The position numbers and the translations under genes are program-made. Below are positions 1 to 14,000 of a stretch of DNA of 64,000 nt, piece by piece. Origin of the DNA: Chrysemys picta bellii (lineage: Eukaryota); assembly GCF_011386835.1 (NCBI RefSeq), contig NC_088798.1, forward strand, positions 104,718,001 to 104,782,000, in the 5' to 3' direction. Position 1 is the stretch's first letter, and each line of letters starts with the position of its first letter. The notes beneath the pieces were generated by a model. That model did no database searches and was not told the origin of the DNA. It was given only the letters and a program-made list of their open reading frames with translations.

Positions 1-182
1 TTAGTTTGTTGCAACAGGAGAAGCAAACGGAAATCGCCAACTGGATGAAAGATGCCACCCTCTATGGCATTGCTCCCGTGCATTGGGCCACGCAGCCCTG
101 GAAGCCTGGCTAGAGTGCAGCGGGAGCACCATGGCTAACTCTCAGACACAGCTGTGGATAATTTTTCGACTGAACAATTTAC

Positions 183-296
183 CTCCATGGCTTTCTTCAG
201 CTGCTTGGCATCAAACTGTGCCGGTGTCATCATCAGTCCAAGGATCAGCTTGGCCAAGCTTCCTGACAGCTCTGATTTCAGATCGGCCATCAGATC
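183..296 (-). CDS. ANXA6: ANXA6 exon 17
   Basis: 114 nt, [38 protein letters not shown]. Confidence 0.96.
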
Positions 297-3200
297 CTGC
301 AAAAGGGATGGATGTCATCATGTTTAACTCTGTCTTCCTCACCAATCACAGCTCCGAGCAGCTAGTGATGGAGGGAGTCATGGCTACCCCCTAATCTTCA
401 GCGCTCCCTGCTGGCTAGCAAGGGGAAAGGTGCAGAATGCAGGATTAAGAGAGGGGAGTAAAGAAGAAATACCATGGGCAAATACTTAGGCTACCCTGTG
501 CCTCAGTGCCCCATCTGTAAAAAGGGGCTAAATACTTCTGCACTTTGGGTGACATGAGGAGAAAATCCATCAATGAGTGTGAAGTGCAGGTACTATGGAG
601 ACATGGAAATGGGCCCAAATTCTCAAGCGTCTCCTCTCATTATGAGTGCCTCTGTTCTGGGATGCCTCACAGGAGACCCCATTTCACAGGCAGGAGCTCA
701 GCTCTTGGAAGATCAGACCCCAAGTTGTCTAAAGTTGGACACTCAAAACTTGAGGCATCCAAAAACTGGGGCCATTTTGAAAATATGGCCCTTATTGACA
801 GGGTTATGTGGGTGAGAATGGACAGAAGAACTTTCCACTAAAGACCAGACTCCTTCCTGACTGGGATTTCTCTCACAGGAAAGGGATAAATACGAAAGAT
901 GCTGAACTCTGTCTGTGAGTCTTTCCCCTCTCACAGCTTCGTCAGACCTGGGGGAGACAGAGGAGACAGTAGTGGGGAAAGAGAAGGTGAAAATGAGCAA
1001 CCAGATGGAAGGGAAAGAGCAGAAAGGACAGGAAGGTGGCAGGAAGCGTCAGGGGAAAGGAGCCTGCGTCATTACCCTGCCAAAGTGAGACTTGTAGGTT
1101 CTCAAGATCTCCTGTCTCTGAGCGTTGCTCCTCTGTGTGACCACATCAATGATGGCGCCTTCGTCAGTGCCTGCAGTGACACAGAAACCAGCCCACGTGA
1201 AGACCAGGGGACTTCGCACTGCGGGGATGGGCCTGAAGGACAGGGAGGCATAGACAGAGCCAGTCCAGGCTCTAGACAGGGCCACTCAGCAAAGTCCAAG
1301 CTCCTGAGACATGTTTGCTGCCACAAGGCCTGTGAGGCGGAAAGATGGGTGTCTAGGGGACTGGGAGCTCCACTATCTAGACCCTTCTCAGCAGGATTGT
1401 GAGGGGCTTGGGGCAGAAGCCTTCCCCACCCTAAGGCCGTTTCTAACAACAGGCCTGGTATTCAGAGTCAGTCAGCACAGCACCTCCAAGGCAGTGGTAT
1501 CACACGATCACCCCAAATTGGCAGCACTCCCCAGGGCTGGGCTTGTGCAGCGTCTGCCAGTCATGGGGAGAACCTGACCAGAGAGCTGAGTATAGTTGGC
1601 AACAGCAACTTCCTCCAGCAAAACAATCGGACACTCGGGGGAGAATTTTCAAGTGTCTAGAAATCAGTGAGGAGCAAGTCCCATTTTCAAAAGTGACTTA
1701 GGCGCCTAAATCCCACTGAAAGTCTAATGGGTCTTTTCTAGCTCAGGTAGCTACGATTCTGGGAATCTCCCCTACCAGGAGAAAGGTGAGGCTACAGCTA
1801 ACTGTTAGGTTGACATTAACCCTGCTTCCTCCTGATCCACAGTGTGTCAGCCATGGCACCATGACTCAGGCTTGTGGGGCTACAAATAGGAAAGTAGACG
1901 TACAGGCCTGAGCTGTGAGACCCTCCCGCCTTGCTGGGTTTCAGAGGCCAGGCTCCAGCCAGAGCCCAAGTGTCTACACTGCTAGCCCTGAGAGCCAGAG
2001 TCAGGTACCCCAGACACTTTCCTCAATGTAGACACCAAAGGGTCTGATTAGTTTATCAGCCTGCCAGCGAAGAGCTGTTCCCTACTGTATGTTCTCCAGT
2101 CTAATTTTCAATGATCTAAGAGATGGGCTTTAGCTGTCCAGAGAGAGAGAGACACTCTGGGAGATCCCACTGGCAGGAAGTGTCCTGATATTTAGTCTAA
2201 ATTTCCCTTTGATCACATTTAATCACATCCTCTGATATCCCTCCTGGGCCATCCCAAACAGCCCCTCCCTTCCTACTTGTAGACCAGAGCTGGGTGAATT
2301 GAGAGCAACTATCCACAAACATCTCAGTCACCCAGGTGCTCCTCTCTTCCTGTTTCCTTCCCACAAAGATGTGCACAAGCAAAGGGCAGGAACCCAAGTG
2401 TTCATGAGAAGGGGATTTGTGGCCCATGGCCCAGAATCGTCTACTCAGGAATCAAAGTTTGTTCCCTAACTAAATAAAATTCATATTGGGTGGAAGTAGC
2501 TTCTAAAAGTTAGACCATCCAATGGGGGAACAGAAAAAAAATCACATGACTTTCGTGACCAGTCACACCCGTGCAAATCTCTAACACTTGAAGACATACT
2601 CACTGGTGTGAAGAGTTTGCAGATGCCTTTTAGGCTGAAATATGTTTGCAGAAAACATGCAAAACAAAGTCTGTCTGTTGAGGGACAATCAGTGATATGG
2701 AAAATGGGCCAAACTCTCTGAGTAAATCCTTCACTACAAGCTTTGCACTCTACGCAGCTCCAACTCCAGCTGCCTGAGCCAATGCTGACAGTTCTTTATT
2801 CCAGTCCATCTGCAGAATTATGGTTCTAGATCTTTATGCAGATAGTCTCAGACCTTCATGGGTTTTCTGCTTTAGAATCCACTAGGGAGTGGAACATTTC
2901 CCCAGAAGACAGAGGAGATAGGGCCGCCCACCTTCCACCAGGGCCCACAGTGTCCTACTTACCAAGTCCCTTCATTGCCTTCCTCAGCACCTTTGCGTCA
3001 CCATCAGCATTAAAGTCTGCAGCCGGGCGCACGGTTCCTCTCAGCTGCAGAAAGGTTAAGAGGTTTTAGATTAAATCCAGAAGCCCACTGGGCCAGGAGA
3101 GGAGAAGAAACAGAGGGAGAAGGCGTGTTAACCAGCAAGCCAGAGGCAAAGCGGCTAGTGGGATTAGAAAGCAGGTGGGGGGAGGGGGTGGATGCCGCGC

Positions 3201-6200
3201 CAGCAGTGTCCAGATACTGCCCACCCCGGGAAGGAAATAGCCAAGAAGCCCTGAAGAGGAGGCGCTGTTGCTTGTATAAATACCATCCTCGCCTCATGCT
3301 GCACGAGAGCCAGACTGGGCTTCACCACCTCACACGCCAGGCAAAGGGACAGAGCTGAGAACCAGGAATCAGCAGCACAAAGGGGATGAAAGTCTTTCCC
3401 CTCCCGCATTAGGCCAAATTCTACCCTCGGGTGTCCTCATGCAGCTCCCACCAACAGGAACGGAGCCGTCCGTGCCCCTCCACAGGCTGACTGGGCTGGG
3501 AAGGTCCTTGCCACCCAACCCAACCCTGCTCCTCATCTAATACTCTGCCAGGCAACATTCCCAGGGTGCTCCTTGAACAGCCTCGCTGCTGGGGACTGAG
3601 CCCCATGGTCACACACACAAGATCTGCAAAAGGTTCCTAGAAGATCTGCCGCACTGCCATTCCCCAGGGTGTCCATCCCCATCACCTTCTCTCCCCCCCC
3701 CCCCCCCCAGAGCCCTGGGATGTCTCATCAGTGCAACACCATTAATGTGGTGAACACAAGGCCCCCTGAGCCCCACTGCTGCGTGTGCATGAGACCTCCG
3801 TGAGGCACTGAAGCCAAGCTCCAGATTGCACGCAGTGTACGGTGCTGACATGGCACTGGACAGCACCAGCACCCAGCAGGATCCACCAGGCTTGCATTTC
3901 AGTGTTAGCAACATGTGTTAGTAGATACACGTGCTGCTGCCGCGTGGGGGGGAGCATCCAGCACTTCCGGGGTTAACTCATCACTGGAAATCAGAACCTC
4001 AAGGGAAACCTCGTGTTAATATGCACGGTACAGACGTCTGATTGGCCAGGGCAGCAGCCAGTTAGAAGGTGCCAGCGCGCAGAGGGAGGAAGCTGTGATT
4101 TCCAAGCTAGCAGGGAGCAGAGGAGGAGGGATTGGAGTGGGTTCTGACCTCTACTTTAGCCACTGCACTAAGCTCCCACATCCGATAGGCCACCTGCGCA
4201 GCTTCAGGGAAGAACTCACCTGCGGCGCTGAAATGGGAGGGGATAGGACGTCAAGGACAGTGAGCAACTGGGGAACTCACCAACACAGGACAGATCAGCC
4301 AGCACCATAACCCAACCGCTGAATGATCCCACGCCAGATCAGCCCACACCATCACCCGATCTCTAATGCCCCCAGGCCAGATCAGCCCACACCATCACCC
4401 GATCTCTAATGCCCCCAAGTCAAACCAGCCCACACCATCACCCGATCTCTAATGCCCCCAGGCCAGACCAGCCCACACCATCACCCGATCCCTAATGCCC
4501 CCAAGCCAAACCAGCCCACACCATCACCCGATCTCTACTGCCCCCAAGCCAAACCAGCCCACACCATCACCCGATCTCTACTGCCCCCAAGCCAAACCAG
4601 CCGACACCATCACCCGATCTCTACTGCCCCCAAGCCAAACCAGCCCACACCATCACCCGATCTCTACTGCCCCCAAGTCAAACCAGCCCACACCATCACC
4701 CGATCTCTACTGCCCCCAAGCCAAACCAGCCCACACCATCACCCGGTCTCTAATGCCCCCAAGCCAAACCAGCCCACACCATCACCCGATCTCTAATGCC
4801 CCCAAGCCAAACCAGCCCACACCATCACCCAATCTCTAATGCCCCCAAGCCAAACCAGCCCACACCATCACCCGATCTCTAATGCCCCCAAGCCAAACCA
4901 GCCCACACCATCACCCGATCCCTAATGCCCCCAAGTCAAACCAGCCCACACCATCACCCGATCCCTAATGCCCCCAAGCCAAACCAGCCCACACCATCAC
5001 CCGATCCCTAATGCCCCCAAGTCAAACCAGCCCACACCATCAGCCGATCTCTAATGCCCCCAAGCCAAACCAGCCCACACCATCACCCGATCTCTAATGC
5101 CCCCAAGCCAAACCAGCCCACACCATCACCCGATCTCTAATGCCCCCAAGCCAGATCAGCCCACACCATCACCCGATCTCTAATGCCCCCAAGTCAAACC
5201 AGCCCACACCATCACCCGATCTCTAATGCCCCCAAGTCAAACCAGCCCACACCATCACCCGATCTCTACTGCCCCCAAGCCAAATCAGCCGCCACTGCAA
5301 TTCAGTTCCTAATGCCCCTGGGGGCAAATCAGCCGCCACTCTAACCCAGTCCCTAAATGCCCCTCAGGACAGATCAGCCAGCATCCCAACCCAAATCTGC
5401 AGCCCTTTCCCCACAGCCTGAATCTTAGCGTGACCCAGAGCTGCTGAGACAATAGTGGGGCTTTTGTGCATTGTCAGGATAAAGCGACCGGATGGGGCGG
5501 GTGAGTTGAGCCTTGGGGGCAGAGGTGTTTTTCACGCTAGCATTGCCGTGACTCGGGGTGCACTGCATCGCCGGTTCAGCTGCTTCCCTGCGCTCTGGGA
5601 CACTGGTAGGTGACGAGGCGTTGGCTCCATAACATGAGCGATTGGTGGGCCGGGAACAGGGCAGGGAGGTTTCTCTGCTCCTTGCGCCCAGCACTGGGGG
5701 GACAAGGACAAAGCATTCCCCCCACCATTGCTTACAGCATGGGACCCACTCTAGTCCATATCCTGCATCTGCTGTGCTCCCCCGTTCGCGTCCCTGCCTT
5801 CCCCCAGCTGGCAGCAATCGGGTGCCACTGGGGGGACCGCAGGACTGTGAACAAGGCTGGGGCTCACATGTGTTTGGACAATGGCCCCGTCCCTGCAGGG
5901 TGCGGGGAGCTGGGTTGGGTTTTTACAGCTGCGTTCAGGGGCAGTTCCTATGAAAGGAGGCTGTTTCGCGCTGGCACGTCACCAGCGGGAGAGTGACTCA
6001 GCTGCAGATGTGGAGGGGGTCCCGTCCCAGTGCAAGCTGGAGATACGGGATACCACGGCACCCCTTCAGCAGCTCCCTCAAGCCCACGGACCGGGCAGCT
6101 ACAAACGCTTCAGCTCAGGTGGGGCTTCCCCCAAAGCCAACGTCTGACAGGGGCCTCTAGAGGCAACAATTGGGGGCGCGGAGGGGGAATGAGGGGATTG

Positions 6201-9200
6201 GGACAGGACTATAACCCCTCTGGTTGTGCTGACCATGTGGACTACAGGACCTGCTCCTATTGACGTCAGTGACAGACGATCATGCCCATGATGTGGATGC
6301 TCCACTTTGGCACCAGACCAGCGCTCCGTGCCTTTCCCTGGACTGCAGTGGAAACCCTCCAACAGGGCCCCAAGACGGAGCTCCAGTCAAGGAGGCTGGA
6401 GAGCCTAGAGTCTGGCCTCCCCATAGACCCCGGGGGACACTGGCGGGACAGTACAAGGTAGGCAGCGGGCGTGGCAGGAATGCTTACTCATCATCTCCCC
6501 CACACAGCTTCAGCAGGGCCTTCTTGTACTCGCCGGACGTGTCGTCCTGCAAAAGAAGAGGCAGAGGCTAAAACCACATGCGTGCACAGGGCAGACCTCT
6601 AGCCACATCGCGGAGCCAGGCCCCAGCCGGGGTTGTCTAGCTTGAGCAGGTCATGTGCTTCCCCTGGGCGGAGAGGGGCGTGACGCTGGGTCTCACAAAG
6701 TAGCTCATGAGTGGGAGGGGATTTCCTGGCTGCATTCTCCAAAGGAAGCCAAGGCACAAGGCAGAGGGGGGCCGGTTGGGGTGCCACCATCCACCACACT
6801 GTGGATTCAGGAACAAATCAGTTTGGTAACATATTAGAAGGAGCTTTAGCCAGCTGTGGGCAGTGGAACCCCAGAACTCACTGCAGTTCTGGGGGTGTCC
6901 AGACCAGGAGGGGAAAAAAATCTAGTCAGAGCCTTCCAAAAATGCCTGAGGGACGATTCCAGGGAGCATCGGAGAGTCTCTCCCTAAAGATGCCTCAGCA
7001 GCGAGTGGGGATTAAGGGGTTCTGCGTGTCAGAGAAGAGGCTGACGAGAGCTTTTCACAAAGCCAAAATCAACCCCAACAACTCCCCAATGTTCTCCTGT
7101 TGGTTTTCCAAGCCCACCTCCCTGCCGCCCCTCCTCACACTGTCAAAAGATGAGGAGAGGATGGGATTCCCTGGCCTCACGTGTCTCCATTACGTATGTG
7201 GTTGGGATCAAAGCTGAATTACTGGGTATTCTCCCGGCAGTGCCCTCCTTTTACCTTAATCATGCTGTGCAGGGACTTCTCATACTTGGTCCTGAACACT
7301 TCCCGGATATCCAGCATGTCGATCTCGCTGCGGGAGACCATGACGCGGATCAGCGTGTTGTCCTTGGTCCCCAGCCCCTGGAACGGACGGCCCCACAGGC
7401 CACGGCTTAGCCACACAATCATGCCAGAAAGTCACAACTTGTCTGCAGACAATTCGCCAGCTCAGAAAGAGGCGAAACCCTGGACGGACGGTTCTCTCTG
7501 AACTGGTCACCCAGCTGGGCTCCCAGTAACTCGCGAAACTAGCCTAATGCCAGCTAGTCAATGTCCCCGTGGCCCATTGTCAGAATCTCTGCTCATTCAC
7601 ACTGCTTGTCCCCAAGCCCCTGGAAGGTTAATTCTCCTGGAGCTCTGCAATCTTCTCCTAGAGCGCAGTTTCAGAGGAGAGCACCAGTGTCATTACGTTA
7701 GCCTGGGCTCGGATTTCCATGGCCAGAATGAATCTGCCCAGACTGTTCCCACCCCTCTGTCCCACGCTCTGCTGAACTCTCCCTGCTCACGCCCGGGTGT
7801 TAGAACCCTGCCAGGCCTGCGCCCAGAAGAGAGAGCCCCGTGCCTCTCACGGACTAAAGGAAACGGGGTTCATGCCTCGCTAGTGGGGTTTCCCTGACAC
7901 AGCACCTGCAGAGCCTGGGCTCCTGAGAACATCCTGCACCACTCACCTTCATGGCCTTGTAGAGCCTTTCAGCAAAATACTCTGGGGTGCTCCGGATGCA
8001 CTTCACTGCAGGAGAAACAATGAAGGTGAAAAAACAAGAAGAGTCACAAGAGTCCAGTGACCCCGACAGACAGGGCTCCCCATTGGCCAGCAGAGCAGAG
8101 TGGTTTCCTTAGCCCTTCTAACCACAGCACTCCAGCTCAGGGCACGGCTGACTCCTTCAAATCTTCCAGGCTCTCGGTCTCTTCCCCACACCTCCAACAC
8201 CACATTAGATGCTGCTCCCTAACCTACCCCCAGTTTCCCCTGTACCGTGTCTGTTTTCCTCCTGTCCCAGTATAATTCCCGAGGCTCCCTCTAAGGTGTA
8301 TTGTAACCCACCCGCATGACACTGGTCTCCTTCTAAGGTGTATTGTAACCCTCCGCAGGACAGTGGTCTCCCTCTAAGGTGTATTGTAACCCCCCGCAGG
8401 ACAGTGGTCTCCCTCTAAGGTGTATTGTAACCCACCCGCAGGACAGTGGTCTCCCTCTAAGGTGTACTGTAACCCACCTACAGGACAGTGGTCACCACTA
8501 AAGAGCCAGGATGAGTTACTGTATTGTGATGCCTCAGATGTTGCAGCTGTTGGCTAATCTAGTTAGAGAGAAATGAGCATCGCAGATGCTGCTGTGATGT
8601 AATAGCCGGAAAAGGTCTTTTTAATGGTGGGTCAAATCTTGGCGCTCTATTTTCCTGATGCAGATTACAGGTAACTCCTGTAGACATGGGACCCTCCCAG
8701 CTCTTCCTCCTTCCTTACCCTCTACAATAACGGGGGTATGGACTGAAGGAGGACTGGAGGATTTGGGCTTGCATTTACACGCACAGCGCGGAGCTGGCCC
8801 GGTGACACAGCAGGGGTTTGCACATATTTCCATGAGTCAGCCTCGCTGCGGGCTCCTCTCCGCTGTCCGGGGCTCTCCAGCCATTCCCTGCACGCTCAGG
8901 GGAACGTTACACGTTTTAGCACCAACGACTGTCCGCCCAAAATCTCTTTCCGAGATAGGACACCAGACTCGACAGACCCTGGCCTCATGCAGTCAGGCAA
9001 GTCCCACATTCATATACATGGGGGTACCCAGTCTGTGTTTTTCCACAGGGATTAGTGTGAAATTTTCAAACTTGGGTGCCTCAAGATGGATACCTGGGGC
9101 CTGATCTAAAGCCCATTGATACCATCAGGAATTCTGCCATGGATTTCAGTGGGCTTTGGAGTAGGCCCCATAATCCATGTTAAGGCACCTAAATAAAAGT

Positions 9201-10997
9201 GGCCCATTTCTGAGAGGTGCAGAGCACCAGGTGCCGTCAGTGGGATCACGGTATCGGTAAGTGCTCAGGTCTCTTCTTCAGAGATTTGGAGACAGGCCCT
9301 TCACTTTAAGTCCCCCCGTTTGACCCTTTTGGTGCGAGCGTCTCCTCTGGCCCTGCCCCTCCACCAGACAGCACCAGCTCACCCACTGCCATCATCAGCT
9401 TTTCAATGTCCCCAGACAGCTCGCCCCGGATGCTGTCCTCGATGGGCTTCCCGGAAATCTTCAGATACTCGTCAAAGACTGTGGGGTGAAAGCAGGAGAG
9501 AGGTCTCGTCACAAGCCACACTGGCATGGCCCAGAGGCGGGGGAAATGGAGGCCAGCGTCTTTGTGGGGGAGCAGACACCACTCTGCATGTTGGGGGCTC
9601 TCAGAGGCAGGGATTATTGCCTTTTAGGTGTTTGGCTGGCAAGAGGTGCAGAGCGTCCGGCTGTTCTCAGGAACCCTGCACATGGCTGCGTGGGAGGGTG
9701 AGAGGAGGAACTAATCTGTTGTGTTTTCTCTTCACTGCCATATGTCACGGTTGCAGCTCTTCCCCGTGGCGCTCCCCCATTGGCCACCAAGAGTGTGTTG
9801 GCCACCTGAAATCTTCAGCTGACACGCTGGGGATTGAACCGGGGACCTCCAGAACTAAACGCGTGGGCTCCTACAGCTTGAGCTAAAACCCCCAAACTCT
9901 ATGGCTTGGGGCTGTAACAACTCATAGCCTCTGTGTACCAGCATAGAAGGTCCCTGTAACCTGCACTCCCCGGCTTGAAGTGGTTTCCATCATATGCAGG
10001 GTTTACAGTTATGTTCAGTGGCTCGCAGCACCCCCACTATACAAATGGCTCCACTGCCTGTAACACCCACTCACCAATGGGTCAGACAGGCGCACCCCCT
10101 CCTTTGTGCATTAGCCAGATTGCGAGTCATTCGGACACTACAGCATGAAGGCGGCCAGCCAGTGGCTGGTTTACTCCACTACTTTCACAGCAAGTCTGCT
10201 TTTAAGGCAACTACCTTAAATGATGTGGGTTTTAATCAGCAGAGGCACCAACGACAATAATGAAAGCTACGAAGCATGTCTACAGAAACAAAATCCCTTG
10301 GGGTGAACAAGTTATTGCAGCCATGAGGCCTGAGAGAAGATGAAAAGGAGCATTCAGGGCTCCCCCAGCAATAGCCCGATAAGATTTTGCCAGAGATGGA
10401 ATGGGCACCGGGGTTTCCTCCCTCAAAATTCATTAGATCTCATGGAAAACGGTTACTTGTCCTTCCCAGGCGTGACCACCAGATGGCGAGAGCCAGACTG
10501 GCTGGCATGTCCACACAGAATCTGCAAGAACCAGCTAGCTGCTTTGTGGTTTGGCGATCTTATGATCACTTTGAAAACAGCTTACCCAGGCGGAGATGCT
10601 GTTTGCTCCGGTTTCCCAGGATGTAGATGAACTGGGCCTCGTCTGTGCCCCACTTCAGGTCGCCAGCTTCCAAAAGATCCTTGCAGAAAGGCGAAAACAG
10701 CAGCAAAAGCCCAGAGTCAGAGAGTGCTAAAATCCTGAACCCAGAACGCAACCCAGAACGAACACGCTCAACACCTGCCTTCAGTGCCAGCTCCAAACCC
10801 TAATGCCACTGCTTACAAAAGGCAAAGCTCCTTCCCCGTCTCAGGCTCGATCATTTGTTTAACTGACTTCATCTATAGGGACGTTATCAATTCAAAATCT
10901 GATTTGTCTTGTCTTCCTTCCCCCCGCCATATCTCACTGTGTCTGTGTGCAGTAAAAACAGTTACAACCGTGCAAGAGCACATGGCTGGAAGAGAGC

Positions 10998-11082
<85 letters not shown>

Positions 11083-14000
11083 CCTAGGTTCATATCCTGT
11101 TTGGGCCACAGCCATGTGTGTTTGTGAAGCTTTCTACTCGGTTAGAAAGCAGCTCTTGGGTGGCTCTTGTCCCCACGGCCTCTCAAATGCTGTAAGAGGG
11201 GGTGATAAACCTGGGCCTGAGCTGCAGAAGTCAGAGCTGAACTTTTCCAGTATGGGGTGTCTGCAACCAGGGCTTTGGGCTCCTTTCTAGCTGCCCAGAC
11301 ACATAGCAGAGCAATGAATAAACTACAAAAAGTGTGCTTAAAACTGAAGTCGGAGGGGCCAGGTTCTCGGCTGGTATAAATCAGCGTCGCTCCGATCTGA
11401 ACCAGCTAGGGATGCAGCCGGTGCCATGAAAAGCTCATTCTGACCCATCATTCTTCCTCCCAGTCACTGGCTGTGCCATAGTGATTGCCAGGGAAGTGAG
11501 CCGTCTCAATTCAGCGACACTTACCTTGGCATCCTGCTCCACCAGGTCCTCGCTCACGACATCGTCCTCCTCCCGCGTGCCCTGCATCAGAGACGAGAGG
11601 CCAGCGCCTCAGTCACAGAGGAATGAGGGCAGCGGACAGACAAGGGGGAATGGGGAGGGGCGGACGGATCAACGTACCTGAAGCAAAACAACGAGCATCT
11701 TCTTGAAGTGGCCCGAGGTGTCTCCCAGGACATCTGCCTCCAGCTCCCTCTCGTAGGCTGGAGCGTTGGAAAGGAAAATGGAAAGCACCTCAGCTCTGTA
11801 TTCAGGTTAGGCCGGAGCCCAACACAAGGCTCCCAGGATCCAGACCCCGGGTTCAAAGGACGTATGTGGAGCTGCTGTCCAGCATGCCACCCCTCTCTCA
11901 GATGCAATCAAAGCTGCACTGCCTTTCACAGCAAGCCCCAAACAAGCCAAACCCATTTCAGAGGCACTCCCCCCTGCCAACAACTCCCCTCGCCTCCACA
12001 GTCCCATCACCATAGTTTGACTTTTTTGGGGGCGGCTCCAGTCAAGCCAATGGCGCTGTGCATGGGAGGGGGGCAAATTCTGTGCCTGCCAACAGGGGCA
12101 CCATTTCAGGTTTTTTGGGGGGAAGGGACAACTTTAACCATGATTCCAGGAGCTACTTAGGCAACTGAAAACTCTATTTATTTTTGCAGTTAATAACTTA
12201 GAAATTCTCTGACAGGAGCACTGTATCTAATTCCTATATCAAGAAAGAAAATTAAGTAAATAGTAGACCCACTCAGCTCCAATACTAACATATTCTGACA
12301 TCTTGTGGGAAGTCACTTAAGGGACACTGGTTAGGTTTAAAATGGAAGTGTATATTCTTACTCAGCTACTCTTACTAAAGTCAGAAGGGACCATCGTGAT
12401 CATCTAGTCTGACCTCCTGCACGTCGCAGGCCACAGAACCTCACCCAGCCATTCCTGTGATAAACCCCTAACCTCTGGCTGAGTTACTGACTTCCTCCAA
12501 TCATGGTTTAAAGACTTCAAGTTCCAGAGAATTCACAGTTTAAATCTGCAAGTGACCCCCTGCCCCATGCTGCAGAGGAAGTGAAAAAACCACCAGGGTC
12601 TCTACCAATCTGACCCAGGGGAAAATTCCTTCCTCACCCCAAATCTGGTGATCAGATAGACCCCGAGCATGTGGGCAAAACCCACCAGGAAGATACCGAG
12701 ACAGAATTCTCTGTAGTAATTCAGAGCCCTCCCCAGCTAGTGTCCCGTCTCCAGCCGTTGGGGATTTTTGCTACAGGCAGTCACTGACAGGCCACACCAT
12801 TGTAGGCAGTCCTGTCATACCATCCCCTCCATACATTTATCAAGCTCAGTCTTGAAGCCAGTTAGGTTTTTTGCCCCCACTACTCCCCTTGGGAGGCTGC
12901 TCCAGAACTTCACTCCTCTGATGGATAGAAGCCTTCACCTAATTTCAAGCCTAAACTTGTTGATGGTCAGTTTATATCCATTTGTTCTTGAGTCCACATT
13001 GGTACTTAACTTAAATAACTCCTCTCCCTCCCTGGTATTTGTCGCTCTGAGGTATTTATAGAGAGCAATCCTATTTCCCCTCAGCCTTCTTTTGGTTAGG
13101 CTAAAAGGGTTCTCAAACTTCATCGCACCGCGACCCCCTTCTGACAAATTACTACACGACCCCAAGAGGGGGGACCGAAGTCTGAGCCCGCCTGAGCCCC
13201 ATCGTCCTAGGTGGGGGTGGGGGCAAAGCCAAAGGGCTTCAGTCCCAGGCAGGAGGCCTGTAACCTGAGCCCCGCTGCCCAGGGCTGAAAAGCCCTCAGG
13301 CTTTGGCTTCTGCCCTGCGTGAATGGAATCAGGCTTCAGCCCTGGCCCCCAAGTCTAAGCCAGCCATGGCGACCCCATTAAAACAGGGTCGCGACCCACT
13401 TTGGGGTCCCAACTCACAGTTTGAGAACCACTTAAACAATCCAAACTCTTTGAGTCTCCTCTCATAAGGTAGGTTTTCCATTCCTCTGATCATCCTAGTA
13501 GTCCTTCTCTGCACCTGTTCTAGACTGAATTCCTCTTTCTTAAACATGGGAGATCAGAACTGCACACAGCATTCCAGATGAGGTCTCACCAGTGCCTTAT
13601 ATAATGGTACTAACACTTCCCTGTTTCTACCTTGCCTGATGCACCCCAGGACTGTGTTAGCCTTTTTCACGGCCGCATCACATTGACAGCTCATAGTCAT
13701 CCTCCTGGGATCAACAAATACACTCAGGTCTTTCTCCTCCTCTGTCACTTCCAACTGATAAATCCCCATTTTATAGCAAAAATTCTCGTTAATCCCTAAA
13801 TGCATGACCTTGCACTTTGCACTATTAAATATCATCCCATTTCTATTACTCCAGTTTACAAGGTCATCCAGATCTTCTTGTATGATATTCCAGTTCTCCT
13901 CCATATTGGCAATACCTCCCAACTTTGTGTCATCTGCACATTTTATTAGCACACTTCCGCTTTTTGTGCCCAAGTCAGTAATAAAAATGTTGAATAAGAT

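Noticed and set aside
4334-5290. Regular array resembling a CRISPR locus or a Pro/His/Thr-rich coding repeat
   Set aside because: Units abut with no unique spacers, no cas genes, eukaryotic intron; the ORFs are repeat artefacts. The same applies to 8287-8495 and 37885-38350.
9827-9885. tRNA gene
   Set aside because: A/B-box-like motifs only, no complete cloverleaf, embedded in repeat sequence; treated as a SINE.
10784-11290. ORFs with (CV)n / (TH)n tracts
   Set aside because: Translation of the (TG)39 microsatellite.
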